The notes under the pieces were generated by a model. That model saw only the letters and a list, made by a program, of their open reading frames with translations. It did no database searches and was not told the DNA's origin. The translations under genes and the position numbers were made by a program. DNA of 64,000 nt from Octopus vulgaris (lineage: Eukaryota). Below are positions 50,260 through 63,508 of the stretch, piece by piece (within the stretch, counting starts at the first letter, position 1; each line of letters begins with the position of its first letter). The stretch covers positions 15,128,001-15,192,000 of the forward strand of contig OX597837.1 of NCBI GenBank assembly GCA_951406725.2. Reading direction: 5' to 3'.

Positions 50260-51603
50260 GTAAGGACAAATGTATTTGTTTAATTATATATATTTTTTTT
50301 TTGTTTCTTGAATTTGACTGCAATTCTCCTTGTATTTTTAATATTGTTTTTTCAGATAATTTTGGAAATTATAAAGAATTTAATGAGAATTTAGTGAAAT
50401 AAACTTTAGAATGGTGTTTGAAGCATAACTTTGTATCATGTTCTTATAAATTTGTGATGGAATGTTTTACGAGTGGATAGGTTGGAGTGGACAGGTGGGA
50501 ATAGATAAAAGCTGTTTGAATTGAGAAGCAAGTTTTCACCCTGGCACAATAGCTCCATGGTGCACAATTGCTGTGCTACTACTACTGATCATGTAGTCAC
50601 TAGTTACAAAAACTAGCTATAATCAGTTTTATCCTTAGGCAGTGCAGATTAATTGCCTTCGTTAATCAAAAGATGCCTATTCTGGATGATTCAATGATTA
50701 ATGGAAGATCCCAAGTTTAAGCGTATTTCTATGAACATTGTCCGAGTGGTTTAAATTCTGTTCCTGCTGAAAGCATGGAAATGGATGTAAAATAATTTAG
50801 AACACTGACCAAAGAAATAAAAGGAAATGGATTTAAAAATTTTTGTTACTTAATCAGATTTTTTTTTTTTTAAAAAGCTTAAAACTTAATCTAGCTTAAA
50901 ATAACTGGATTAACATTGACTGTTGAAGGAAAAAAAAGTTTTCAATTTTAATGTCAGGTTTATTGTTACTTTGTTTGAATTGAGATTTATTTAGAAAAAA
51001 TGGAAGCATAGGGCTGTGGGGCTGTTGTTAGGATTAAAGAAATTAAAAAGCAGCAGTTTATACCTTGCTTAATAGTGTGAACTGAATTAGTGGACTGTTT
51101 TGAAGGTATGATGTAGATGTACAGTAACAATGAACTACCACTGCTCTCTCCCCTCCTTCTCCGTTGTACTCATCTTCTGGCCTTTGGAATAAATAACACT
51201 AACAATATATGTAAAAAAAAATAAATAAATTTATTCCAATCTTGTAGGTGTGGGTACATATGTAACCATATGTAATTATTTTAAGGTAGAAAAATGTTTA
51301 AATTTATTTGAATTCAGTGAATGCAAATTTATTTTGTTTTTAAATTTGTCTGCATAATATCTAAGTCCATAAGGTTTGCAAATACTACAAACTTAATGTG
51401 TTTTTTAAAACTCAGATTTTCAGATAATTACCAATTGGTTCCAATTACTTTAGATTCTGAAAGAATTTAGTCTTTGTTATTTTTGTCGATGCTGGATTTA
51501 AAAAAAAAATAAGAAAAACATTAAAATCTATTTTGTTTATTTTTCTTTTCATGTTAGACAAGATCAGTTTGAAAAACAACCCACTTTTCTTTGATTTTTA
51601 CAG

Positions 51604-51714
51604 ATCTTCGAAAAAGCCTTAGATGAGCCAAAATATAGTTCACTTTATGCACAGCTATGTCACCGTCTCTGTAAGGACGCTCCAAATTTTGATCACTCTT
51701 CCTCTAAAACTATT
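51604..51714 (+). CDS. EIF4G2: eIF4G2 exon (IFEKALDEPKYSSLYAQLCHRLCKDAPNFDHSSSKTI)
   Basis: EPKYSSLYAQLC motif; 111 nt, phase 0-0. Confidence 0.97.
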
Positions 51715-51895
51715 GTAAGTCCTTTTCTTCTTTCCTCCTGTTCTTTGCAGTTTTATGTATATTTATTAAATCATTTTTCATATTTAAAATACATCTAAAA
51801 TATCATTCAAAATTTGTTGCTTTTGATAGTTTTCACAAATTCTAATAATTGTTATGACTAATGTTAGTAACTTTGTTTCACATTAATATTTTCAG

Positions 51896-51962
51896 ACTTT
51901 TCGACGTCTACTCTTAAATAAGTGCCAGGATGAATTTGAAAACCGATCCCGTGCTACCGAAG
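51896..51962 (+). CDS. EIF4G2: eIF4G2 exon (TFRRLLLNKCQDEFENRSRATE)
   Basis: FRRLL..K.QDEFENR motif; 67 nt, phase 0-1. Confidence 0.97.
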
Positions 51963-52636
51963 GTAAACAACTTCTTTTTTTTTTTTACATTGCGTGTATT
52001 TAAAATGTGAGAGATTATAATTTTAGACTTTTCAAATTTTTCTTTGGTTGGTTAAATAGAATTTGAGATGTGGCTTTAGGTAGGGGGCATCTAGCTATAG
52101 AAACCACGCCTAAACTGACATTGGAGATTGATACACAACCCCAAGGCTTGCTGGATCCTGTCAAACTGTCCAATGCAAGCCAGCATGGGGTTTGATTAGC
52201 CGGAAACTAAAAGAAGCCCACCATGTATGTGTCTGTGTTTATGTCCCCCACCGCTGCTTGACAACTGGTGTTGGTGTGTTTACATCCCTGTAGCTTAGAA
52301 TAAGTACCAGGATTCAAAAATAAGTACTGGATTCAATTTGATTTGTATTCAAGACATTGCCCCAGCAGTGAAATGAGCAAAAGATAAGATACAGGTAGTG
52401 GGAGGGAGAGAGAGAGAGAGACTACAATTAATCAAACATGTGGACATAAACAGTAACCAGAGAACCAATGCCAAAACGTCTGGTATGTCCTGTTTCCTAT
52501 AATGAATAGGTGAGTGATGTGAGTAACAAAGAGGAATATGAGACCCAGATGTCTGATACATTTATGTATCCCGTCCTTCATCCCTACCCTAATTTTAAAG
52601 ACCCGTTTTGCTAATTTGAATGTTATTTATTTTCAG

Positions 52637-52729
52637 CATTTGATAAGAAAGATGGCCCCCTCAATGATGATGAAGCAGAGCAATACCATCTGGCTAAACA
52701 GAAAATGCTGGGCAACATCAAATTTATTG
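52637..52729 (+). CDS. EIF4G2: eIF4G2 exon (AFDKKDGPLNDDEAEQYHLAKQKMLGNIKFIG)
   Basis: KMLGNIKFIG motif; holds the first in-frame ATG (52705); 93 nt, phase 1-1. Confidence 0.97.
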
Positions 52730-53877
52730 GTGAGTTTGGATATTGGATATTTATTTATCTACTACACTCGCGGAGTGGTTGGCGTTAGGAAGGGCATCCA
52801 ACTGTAGAAACACTGCCAGATCAGACTGGAGCCTGGGGCAGCCCCGGTCGAACCGTCCAACCCATGCTAGCACGGAAAACGGACGTTAAACGATGATGAT
52901 GATTATCAGTAAAATATGTTTATTCTTTGTTATATAAAAAAAAAAAAAAATTAAACTCAATCAATATTTTACACTCTGTTTAAAGACATATTCTGTGTGA
53001 TTGTCTGTTTCAGTTTTGTAAATGGATTTATGGATCCCTATTTGCAAGTAATGTGTTTATATTAAGCTGTAAATCAGTTTGTACCTATGGGTCTATTAAA
53101 CTGGAGCCTATTCTAGTTTCTGTGTCACTGAGAGCCCAACTCCACTTGACCCTAATAAGGATGCCTACTTGTTGCTCCCCACATCCAGTTGCTGGTATTC
53201 AGTTTTAGCCGAATGGACAACGTAAAGTGAGGTGCTTTATCTTGCTCAAAGCCACAACATATTGTCTGGTGTGAGAAGCAATCTGCACTCTAATGATTTT
53301 GACCTCAAAACCCTTAACTCATAACCCTTGCATCATGAACCATCACAAGCTTTTTAGGTTAACTAATAAAAATTTTTTTAAAGTTATTTTATTTTGGTAA
53401 CCCACTTTTTCTAATTACTGTCAATTAAGTGCAAGATCAAATGAGAGAATTAGATTGGTTGTAACAAACATCCTCATATTAATGAATACTTTTGCCCTAA
53501 ATATGTCAATTTAGGTAATTTGTTTCACTTTATAGGAAAAATATTTATCAAAATAATGAAATGTCCTTATTTTTCTATATCTTCAAAACTGATGTAATAA
53601 TTATTTCTTCATTAAAATTTAATTAATCTTGTTTAGAAACCTCATTTTCTCAATATGAAACCGTGTGTTGTGCTTTGACTTATGAACTCCATTGAATATT
53701 TATTAAAAAAATTTGTTGTTGGAATTTTGAAACAAAAACCATTTCTGTTAAACATTTATCTGTGAAACTCTTTAAAACGGTAGCTCCATTTTGGTTGTGT
53801 GGATCTTACTCCTGAACCTTTCACATAAAACAACAGGTGAATAAAGGTAATGATATCTTAATATAAACGAATTTCAG

Positions 53878-54047
53878 GTGAACTTGGCAAACTGGAGATG
53901 CTGCACGAGGGCATTTTGCACAAATGCATCAAGCAGCTTCTGGAAAAGAAGAAAAACGTCCCCGTTAAAGATATGGCTGAGGACTTGGAGTGCTTGTGCC
54001 AGATAATCCGTACTGTAGGCCGACGCCTTGACTCTCTTGAGGCTAAG
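53878..54047 (+). CDS. EIF4G2: eIF4G2 exon (ELGKLEMLHEGILHKCIKQLLEKKK...EDLECLCQIIRTVGRRLDSLEAK)
   Basis: MIF4G homology; 170 nt, phase 1-0. Confidence 0.97.
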
Positions 54048-54835
54048 GTAATTATTGCTCTTCTTTATAATTCTACTGTTTCTGGTTACCATACTGCTGC
54101 AAAATGGGTCATCTTCCTTGTGTATTGTTATCGGTTATCAATAATCTTGTGTTGACGTCTAATATAATCTGTTCTAGTTGCCACCAAAAATCCAGTGTAA
54201 GAAATTTGAGTGCCTGGTCCTTGCTTGATACTAAATTTTGGCTATATTAATTAACTCCACTGTAGGTTAATAGAGTAAACATTTATAATTAATTTCCTGT
54301 GTAACAGATTTTTCTGAGGCATGGCTGTGGGATTAAGAAGTTCACTTCCTTACTCTATGGTTTTGGGGGTCAGTCTCATTTGTAATGCCTTCTACCGATA
54401 CTCCTGGGTTGGCCTCAGTCTTTGGCAGTTGATTTGGTAGATGGAAACTGAAAGAAACATTGGACCTGTGTACCTTTTGTGTGGGTGTTGCATAATACTT
54501 GTAAATAGGCGTTAGCTTCACGGATGCAATGTCATGCATTTCCAGTTGTCTTTGGAAGCATTTCTAGTCACAAGGAAACGGTAACATTTAATATGGTCAG
54601 GACTATGTGATAGTGAGAAAACTCTTTCAATATATCCACTCCCTATTTCAATAGTTTTGAAGCTTGTTATTTGTAACAGTTAATTAGGGAACCTAATGAT
54701 GTTAGATTTTTTACAGAAATTAAAAATGTTAATTTGTAGCTAATGGAGAATCATTTGTAGTTAACGCCTTTACTTCTATCAACATTTTTTTTTTCATGGA
54801 AAGTGAATTACTAAAAAAACAATTTAATTTTTCAG

Positions 54836-54946
54836 GCCTGGATGGATAAGTACTTTGAGCGAATTAAGAACTTCGCTTCTAACACAGAATTGCCCTCAAG
54901 AATTCGCTTCATGCTTCAAGATGTTGTTGAATTACGGGCCAACAAG
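54836..54946 (+). CDS. EIF4G2: eIF4G2 exon (AWMDKYFERIKNFASNTELPSRIRFMLQDVVELRANK)
   Basis: End of MIF4G; 111 nt, phase 0-0. Confidence 0.97.
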
Positions 54947-55086
54947 GTAGTTATATACATTTGTTTTGGTTTTTTTTTTTTTTTCATTTGTCATATTGTT
55001 GACTTTGATGCTTTTTTGATAATCTAATGCTGTTAAATATAGTTATTTGATATTACCATTTTTGATGTCTATTATTCTTCTCCCAG

Positions 55087-55158
55087 TGGGTACCACGGAA
55101 GGTGCTTAGTGATCATGGACCAAAGACAATATCCCAGATACGACAAGAAGCTGCAGAC
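55087..55158 (+). CDS. EIF4G2: eIF4G2 exon (WVPRKVLSDHGPKTISQIRQEAAD)
   Basis: WVPRK...GPKTI.QIRQ motif; 72 nt, phase 0-0. Confidence 0.96.
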
Positions 55159-55952
55159 GTAAGCATATGTACCTTTTTTTTTGTTTGTTTTTATCTAATA
55201 ATCTTTTGTCATTTTTAATTTTTACAAATAGAATTATTGTGTTACGTTAAATATTCAAAAGACTTACTATTATCTGCAATGAAAGTATTAAATTCAAATA
55301 TATTATTAAAAAATAAAATAAATAAATAATGATACTAATTGAGAATTGCTGTGTCTGGTAATAAATTTTAATTCTCATTTTAATGACTTAATCTGTCTCT
55401 TGTGAACCTAATTTGGAAATTATAAAAGCAAAAAGAAAGTTGAGCAAATTCTGCTGATTGTAATGAAAAATAACTGAAGAAATCTTAAGGCAGGAGTTAC
55501 TTCTCCTTTATTTATAGACTTGTTTGGAGAAAACACAGGACTTTTAGCTCTCTTTGGATGCATATATTTATTTTTATTTCATATAACAAGCAGTTGATCA
55601 ATTGTGCTGTCTGTTACAGGCTTCAAGGTCGGCCAATCTCTGATTCACTCCATTTCTGATGGCAAAAGTGACAAAAGAGTGTTTGTGCAGCTCAGTAGGG
55701 AACACAGAATATTTCTTACTTCAAAACACCCATTTTTCAGTTGTTTTTTGGGGTTTTTTTCATGCCAGTGTTGAGATCTTATACACAATCAAGAACTGAG
55801 CCTTTGGGACCTCAGGGTAGCACCTTGCATGCTAAGTAGGTCTCACAAATGTAATTATTTCTGAGATAAAATATTTCGCCTTGCCCAAGTATTGAAATGT
55901 TCTGATGTTATGTGTCTTTAGTTTTATGTTTCCCTTTCTAACTTCTCCCTAG

Positions 55953-56109
55953 GAGTTTGGAATATACCTTGGTCTTCCGGATGGATCGGGGCGTACTGGT
56001 GGACCTACTGGTGGTTTGTTTGGATCACGCATGATGAATGGAAATATGGGACCATGCCACAGAGGGGGATTGGCAGACATATTCAGTGCTGCCCCTACTG
56101 GATTGCTTA
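55953..56109 (+). CDS. EIF4G2: eIF4G2 exon (EFGIYLGLPDG...RGGLADIFSAAPTGLL)
   Basis: GGLAD.F motif as in human; 157 nt, phase 0-1. Confidence 0.9.
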
Positions 56110-56553
56110 GTGAGTATAACTAAGATATTTAAATGTAATAATGTAAATTGTGTTACTAAATTAGTGATTTCGCCAGCTAAATGCTTTTGGTGTTGACTTT
56201 GTATTCTTGGAATTTTTAGCCTTTTAATAACAGTGGCCCCGAATGACTTTCAAATAAATTAATATCATAAGTAATACATTTAGTAGATTTTTAACCAAAT
56301 TATTTAATTTCTGATGTTGTAAACATGTCAGACAGTGGTAAAAGTCAGCATTGATTAACCTAGAAAGAGAATGGAATAAACGTTTTCTCCTCTTCTAATA
56401 TTTTTTTTTATCTCCAAATTCCCAGCATCTGCTGACCCAAATTAGTCATTTTCATAACTAGAAACCTATTGACTCTTTAGTTTTGTTTGTTCTAATTTCA
56501 TGCCAGAATGGTGATTTATAATTTGCCCATTTTAGACATGTTTTCTCTTGTAG

Positions 56554-56649
56554 ATAACATTGGTACTGGACCAGGTGTAATTCAAGCAGATGGATTTTTG
56601 TCCGGTTATTCTATGAATATGGGCAGGAGAGGTAGTCAGCCAACACCAG
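56554..56649 (+). CDS. EIF4G2: eIF4G2 exon (NNIGTGPGVIQADGFLSGYSMNMGRRGSQPTP); alternative start 56536
   Basis: IGTGPGVIQ is identical in human DAP5; 96 nt, phase 1-1. Confidence 0.9.
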
Positions 56650-57824
56650 GTGAGTTCATTCAAAGTTTTCTTGGCATCATTTTGATACCTTGTATTTAAA
56701 ATTAATATTATGCAATTACAGCTTCCCACCTGTTTAATTATATTTGTAGCCTTGATTGTCTTACTTCAGTGTGGAGTTCCTTTTTTTTTTTTCTTTGCTG
56801 AGAGGCAGAAAGTGATGAGGACCAAAGCAGGCCTGGTTGTATGGCTAAGATGCTCGTTTTGCAACAACCACCTGGTTTCAAGCTCAGTCCCATTGCATTG
56901 CACTTTGGGCAAGTTTCTTTGGTTGTAGCCCTGGGCTAACCAGTGCTTTGAGAATAAATCTGCTTAACGGGGACTGTCAAGAAGCCCATTTTGTGTATAG
57001 GGACCTGTGTGCATTAGTGTCTCCTTGTCTTGGCATTGATTTTAAACAAATGTCACTGTCTTACAAATGGTGTCAACTTGGAATCTTCTTTGTGAACCTG
57101 TCTGGCCATTGTGCTGTTTGCTTTCAAAGGACTCGGGGGGAACCTATTGCCTTGCTTGGAAATAGGTGTGAATTATTGACAGGAAGAACATCCAGCCATA
57201 GGGAATTTACGTGAGCAAATTTCGTCTGACCCACGATGGAGATTAGAACCAAGATTATATTTCCAGATTGTGAATGTTGTCATCTTATTTGCATGAGACT
57301 GAGAGTGGTAACATCATGTTTATATTCCCTGGGAACAAGGAATCCAGTATCTGTGTTTTCAAAAAGTTTAGTGGGATTAAAAAAAAGTTTCTTAACCATT
57401 TTGTTCTCATATTTTTGTTGAAATATGTAGACTTTGTTTCACTTGATTTTGAAAATAATTAGAAATTTAGTAAAATGTCTTTGTCCTTATTTAAAAAAAA
57501 ATCAAGTTGATGTAGGGAACGTGAATTAATATGAAATTTTGATAGTTTTTAATTTAAATCACTTTAAAAACAAGAAGTTTGTATCTTAGAATCAGATATG
57601 GTCTCACATTGGTTGGCATCAAAAGAGTTGAGCCAAGTCAATGCTCTCTCTCTGTATATTGTTTCTAATATTTTCTTTTCTTTTCTTGTACTCTGCTAAA
57701 TTATGTAAATCGCAAAATAAACAAAAATAAACATTTCTCATTAAATTAGGGTTTCATTCAACTAATAAACAACGGAAGAAAGCAAATGTTAATCTTGCGG
57801 ACACTCGTGTCGTTTTCTTTGTAG

Positions 57825-58082
57825 GTAACTTTTCCAATCAGTTCAACAATAGACGCATGCAAGACAATAGTGCAGGCGGTCCAGTTGGAAACAGCATTGG
57901 ATTTGGAATGAGTGGTGTTGGTACAGGTACCAGCCCCAGATCTACCAGACGAGTCAACCCACAACAAACGTCAGCACCACCGATGTTTCAAACTCAACAA
58001 AACCACCAATCTCTTCCATTGGCACCAATGCAATCACCATTATTGGCACAGCCGCCTTTAAGCTCTGTGCAGAGGACACCAG
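57825..58082 (+). CDS. EIF4G2: eIF4G2 exon, G/P/Q-rich linker
   Basis: Acceptor ttttctttgtag, donor CAG/GTCAGT, 258 nt open, phase 1-1. Confidence 0.85.
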
Positions 58083-59427
58083 GTCAGTTTCTTTTGCATA
58101 TTTTATTTAACGAGCCACTTGTAATATTATTATCATTATTGCTAAAGGAGGTAAGCTGGCAGAATTGTTGGCATGCTGAGTTGAAATGCTTAGAAGTATT
58201 TCGTCTGTTGCTACATTCTGAGTTCAAATACCACAGAGGCTGACTTTGCTTTTCATCCTGTCAGGGTCGATAAAATTAAGCATCAGTGAAACACAGGTCA
58301 ATGCAACAACCCCCTCCCCCCAAATTTCGGGCCTTGTGCCTATAGTAGAGAGGATTATTGTTATTAAGGCAGTGAGCTGGCAGAATCGTTAGCACGCTAG
58401 GTGATATGCTTAGCAGTATTTCGCCCATCCTTATGTTCTGAGTTCAAATTCCACCAGGGTCGATGAAATAAGTACCTGTGAAACACTGGATCGATGTAAT
58501 TGACTGTGCCCCCTCTCCCAATCTTCCAGGCATTGTGCCTATAGTAGATGTGATTATTATTATTTCTATTATTTTACCCCCTCATCACCCAGCTTTAAGT
58601 TGTCTCCCTGGGGGTTCATACTCTTGCAAACTGCATGATGGCCTCACTAGTGCTATGTAAAATGCATCCAGTATAATCAGAAAAGTGGTTAGCATTAGGG
58701 GAGACATCCAACCATAGAAACCATGTCAAGGTACACTGAGCCACAATGCATTCATTATTAGATCCATGAGAGCCTGTCATACCATCCAGGCCCTGGATTT
58801 TAAAAGAGTGCAGGCTTGAGGTTACCCTTTGCTCTACAGGGTTTATCATAATGGCATACAAAGTGTTAAGATATATTTTAATACTTATAGGTAATAAGAT
58901 GATAATATAAGATATAGGGGGGATGACATTGTTGTTAATGTTACACATTTTGGGCCCCATTGAAAGAGATCCTCTATTGGAAAGGCAAACTGTCATTTAC
59001 CCACATTTCACAAACAAGTGTCCTTCCTTTTTGTCACTTCTGTTGCTTTTTTTGTCTAAAGTTTCAAATTCTGTACCAATTCCGGTTTAAATGTCTGCTC
59101 TAAATGGCTGCTTCACATCATTTGATCTTTCCTTTTTTTTTTTCATTACCACTGACCTGGTTCATTTGAAAGTCGGCTGGATTTAAGTTTTATTTTTATT
59201 TTCAAAATGTAAAATACTTTCTCTTTGTCCAATCAAATATTTACTTATCACATTAAAGATTACACGTAGAAAATATATTTAGAATGTGTTTTGCATATAA
59301 TCAGTCCTTTTTGAGAATAATAAATGTCTCTCCAGATTTTTTCATCTGTTATCAGATAATGATTATAAAAGTGAAGGAATATTTATGTTTAATTTGAATG
59401 TTTTCTTCCTCTTGCCAGCCTTTTCAG

Positions 59428-59678
59428 CACCTGGAAGAGATTTGCCGCAAAGATTTATGCGCATGAACATGCAGCCACCAGTTGTACCGGAAAAAGCAAA
59501 CTCAGGACCTGAAGACATCAACCTTCGACCATACAAGCCATTTAACATGTTACGTCCATCAGTGCCAAACTTGCTGTCTAAGCCTGTTCGTCCTTTGATT
59601 GGGACGACACAAACAACGTTCCAGCCGCCATTATATGACATGGGATCAAATCCTAATCCACACCTGATAAACAAACAG
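59428..59678 (+). CDS. EIF4G2: eIF4G2 exon (APGRDLPQRF...EDINLRP...HLINKQ); alternative start 59419; GC donor
   Basis: D.P.RF and I.LRP motifs of the DAP5 linker; 251 nt, phase 1-0 with CAG/GCAAGT. Confidence 0.85.
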
Positions 59679-60403
59679 GCAAGTATTTGGATTACTGTTG
59701 CAAAACCCGTGTTTGTCATTTTAAACTCTTTAATGTTTAGGCGATCTGTATTGGCACATCGTAAGCAGAAACATGGAGAATTTTGATTGTATTTTGTGCT
59801 GTTGAGGTCAGAATTAAGCTGAAAGTACTGGCACTCTTTTATCAGCATCAAATGTTAAGGTTTGGCTGGAGAACCTGTTCTGGCCTTTCATGGAATTTGC
59901 AAAATTCTATACTTACCATGGGTAGGATGGAATTGGTTGAGGCAGATTTTCCATGGCCAGAGGCTCTTCTTGTTGCCAACCCAACATGTTTCCATGGATG
60001 AGATAGGAAATAAACACTTCTCTTGTATGATGGTGGTATTCATTTTACAACTATCAAGTGATGTTCATGCATGCATGTGCACACATACACACATGTATAT
60101 ATAATAATACAGAAATTTTTAGACTATATAAAGAACACACACACTAGGCTTCTACCAAATTGATCCACAAGTTTTGAGTCAACCTGAGGCTATAGTACCC
60201 TTTCCCAAGGTGCCATGCTGTAGGACTGAACCCAAAACCCTGTGGTTGGAAACTGAACTTCTTAGCCATGCAGCCATGCCTGCACTTGGGTTTATAATTT
60301 ATTTTAAGCTTATTATTTCATTGTTTTTATTTGTTATTCTTCATATACATCTATTTATATCAATGTAGATATGTATTTAAATGATGTCTCATTAAATTTG
60401 CAG

Positions 60404-60493
60404 CCTCAAATTACCATCAAGCAAGCTAATCCAGAAAAATCTAAAGCAGTCAAAAAAGCACCACTTACCAAAAAGGAGCTTGAAAACAGCATG
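60404..60493 (+). CDS. EIF4G2: eIF4G2 exon (PQITIKQANPEKSKAVKKAPLTKKELENSM)
   Basis: Aligns with human EKPAKTSKKPPPSKEEL; 90 nt, phase 0-0. Confidence 0.88.
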
Positions 60494-61158
60494 GTAAGTT
60501 TCCTTTCCGCTATTTACCATTTTTGACTTCTTATATGCACAGCTTCAGTAACATTAGTTTAGTGGTTTTTTTTCAATTCAAAGAAATTGTCTTTGTTGTG
60601 GTTATGGACAAGAACAGTTGTAATAATTATCAAACTATGTGTAAAATGATTGTCAGTTTTGCTTGCTGACTTCTGGGAGCATTATGCAAGAGCTGTGTTG
60701 TAGGTCAGAGACTGATGATTTTGTCCACATCTGAAGATGTGCACTGACAAATCTATAAAGCTTCTACCCCTTAAACACCACACACACACATTTTGTTGTG
60801 CACCATAACCTGTAATAGTTATTGTTGTAATTTATTTTAGAAACTGAAGCAGACATAATTGTACTATGGCTGTATTAAGTGTTGGCTTATATCTGAAAAA
60901 TTGGTCATTTTGAAAAATTTCTGATGGTTCAAAAAGTATATAAGCCAAGGAAATGGTAGTTTGGAGACTTAGGACATGGAACTTTTTCGCGAATAGAAGT
61001 GAATATAAATAAATGTCCATTTAACAAAACTAAATCTTACGCCACAAAGTGTAAGAAAACGTGGAATAATTGTTGTTTCTATTCTGTGTAAATATTTCTG
61101 TTTGCTTGCTTTGTTTGTTCTTTACATCAGTTGATATTGTTGCATTTCTGTTTTGAAG

Positions 61159-61241
61159 ACTTCCTTACTTGATGATTACTTTAATTCTGGAGATGTTCAA
61201 GTAGCAACCAGTGCAATTAAAGATTTGAATGCTCCAAATAA
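61159..61241 (+). CDS. EIF4G2: eIF4G2 exon, MA3 start (TSLLDDYFNSGDVQVATSAIKDLNAPNK)
   Basis: Y.NSG...A....L.AP MA3 motif; AAG acceptor; 83 nt, phase 0-2. Confidence 0.9.
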
Positions 61242-62237
61242 GTAAGTATACACATTGATTTTTTATAACCTACTAATTATTCATGATTATCTAATTAGGA
61301 GCGTTTGATAATAGGTTAATCTGTTAATTAATCTAGAATAAATTGATATTAATGTACTGCTAAATTTGGGTCTTTGACCTTTGACATTCATGTAGCATCA
61401 CTCATACAGGCTTCCTTTATATTGTCATTTGCTCAGAGGAGGAAATCTTTTCGCATTACTCTTTAGTCCCGGTTGGATGGTTTGAAAGAAGCCATCAGGC
61501 TCCAGTGTTTGCTTTGTCCTGGTTTCTGTGCCAACCACTTTACAGTGCGTAGTGGATGGTTTCTGCATGGCAGTGGTACCAGTGAAATCACCAAGTAACT
61601 TGTATGACAAGACCCCCTCAAATGAGGTGGCTGGCTTTATTGTCAGGTGATGAGGTAGGAGGGTCAGGAATTGGTGTCTTGCTGTAAAAGAGATACATGG
61701 CTGCCCCTGTTGGAAGAGACAGAAGATGGGCTGAAGAAGTGTCAGGGCGTAAATTTCTGCTCCCCTACCTATGGAGCAAAGACATTTTCCAGATGTTAAT
61801 CTTCATTTACATCATTAATAATTTGTATTTTGCCCCATTTATCATGTTGCCTTGAAGGTTTTCTCATTGTCAACATTTTTTTTTTCTGGGTTTGGTGCTT
61901 TCAATATTACTTGTCAGCAATGGAAATTGGCTTATAGGTGTATATTACCCAATTTATAACCAGACCTAGACTTTTGTGATGATGTAAAGAGCATAAGGAA
62001 GGACAAAAGACTGGGCAGAGTTCTGGTGGTGACCCGCTTGGAATTTAAATCCTTCACAAGATTTCTTTCAAGTCCTGGCTTATTTATATAACTCTTGTAC
62101 ATAATTGTTTGATTCTAGTTTAAATTCTTTTGTAATTGTTTGTCAGTAAATTTTGGGTGTTTGTTCTAAAATCTGTTCCTATTAAATTTCACCATAAAAA
62201 AAGAAAATATATAAAGTTTATATAAATTTAATTTCAG

Positions 62238-62290
62238 ATTCATTACCGATAGCATTTACAAAATGATGTTAACCAATGTGGACAAAACAG
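62238..62290 (+). CDS. EIF4G2: eIF4G2 exon (FITDSIYKMMLTNVDKT)
   Basis: Aligns with human FLPEMLSKVIILSLDRS; 53 nt, phase 2-1. Confidence 0.88.
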
Positions 62291-63047
62291 GTCAGTATTT
62301 CTAATTGCATTTCTATAGATAATTACAATAATTATATTTATTGAAATTGTTGTAAGCAAGGGATTGCTGTAGAGAGTTATTGTACTTGAAACACGAGATT
62401 GAATTGAGTACGAAGTTCCTCAGTTAGCTTTGGTGTTGTGCTTAGATCTGTAATTGAAGAGATTACAAGAGCAAATTTATCCTTTGGCTTGCAATCTTGG
62501 TTGAATTACTGTTTAGGGTAAAAAGTAGGGAAATGTATGCTTTAACTCATTAGCATTTAAGCCAGTGGTTTTCACTTGACCCTTGGGGGATTTTGCTGTT
62601 AAATTTTGTGTGCACTTAGTTATACTTCTACACTGTACAAAATTTTTTTTTAATACAATTTTTAATATTTAATTATAAAAATTATACTTAATTATATAAT
62701 TATAAAAAATTTTAAACATTGAATGTCTGTAAGGGTTCACCTGAGTAAAATAGGAATCAAAAAAGATCCATAGGTAAAAAAGGGTGGGGGTCGGGAACCA
62801 CAGGTTTTTCTGGCTCTAATATTCTTTTAATTTTCAAACTAGCCATATCTGGCCTCTCACACCTACTCTACAATGTCGCTCAAAATATAAGCAATTGCAT
62901 CATTGAAATCTTGATGCTATAAGATAGGTAATGCACAATTAGCTGAAAACAATGTAAACCAACGATAGTGTGGACATTGATAGGTTGGATATGCCTCCCT
63001 TGTTTAATGTTGTTTTAAAGGAAGTTTTTGTTTATTTTATTTTCCAG

Positions 63048-63127
63048 ATACCGAAAGAGAGAAAGTCATGAGTCTTGTAGTTGGCATGAAACCAGAAAAC
63101 CTTGTAACATCAGAAACTTTCATAGGA
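63048..63127 (+). CDS. EIF4G2: eIF4G2 exon (DTEREKVMSLVVGMKPENLVTSETFIG)
   Basis: Aligns with human DEDKEKASSLISLLKQEGIATSDNFMQ; 80 nt, phase 1-0. Confidence 0.9.
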
Positions 63128-63508
63128 GTAAGTAAAGATTGATATTTTTAAAGCTGTTTAACGCTTACATTTATAAAATCATTATTACCACCATAAATTA
63201 AGGATGGTCGCTTCATAAAATGTCTAATTTTTATAGCTTGGGTTGCGTCATGCAGCTGATTTCTAAAAAAGAATGAAATGGTGCTATCCACTATTCCTAA
63301 TTTTAAATTCAAACTTCTAATCCTGCTAAATAGTATGAATAAACAATTATCTCCCTTGTACTTAATTCCCACTAGGGGACTTCACATGTTTGAAAGTTTC
63401 TAACATTTTAGCAAAAATGTCAAGAATTTGTCATTTTGTAAAAGAATGCTTTATTATTTTTTTTGTTTTTGTGCATCTGTTGATTGTATTTTGTGATGTC
63501 TGTTGTAG

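Noticed and set aside
52526-52556. gaatatgagac, resembling the tRNA-Met antisense element of SNORD97 (hosted in vertebrate EIF4G2 introns)
   Set aside because: One mismatch, no D box at the required spacing and no convincing C box or terminal stem. An Infernal search of all introns would be needed.
59359-59371. ATGATTATAAAA, resembling the SNORD97 5' region
   Set aside because: AT-rich chance match only about 50 nt from the acceptor, with no D box or guide.
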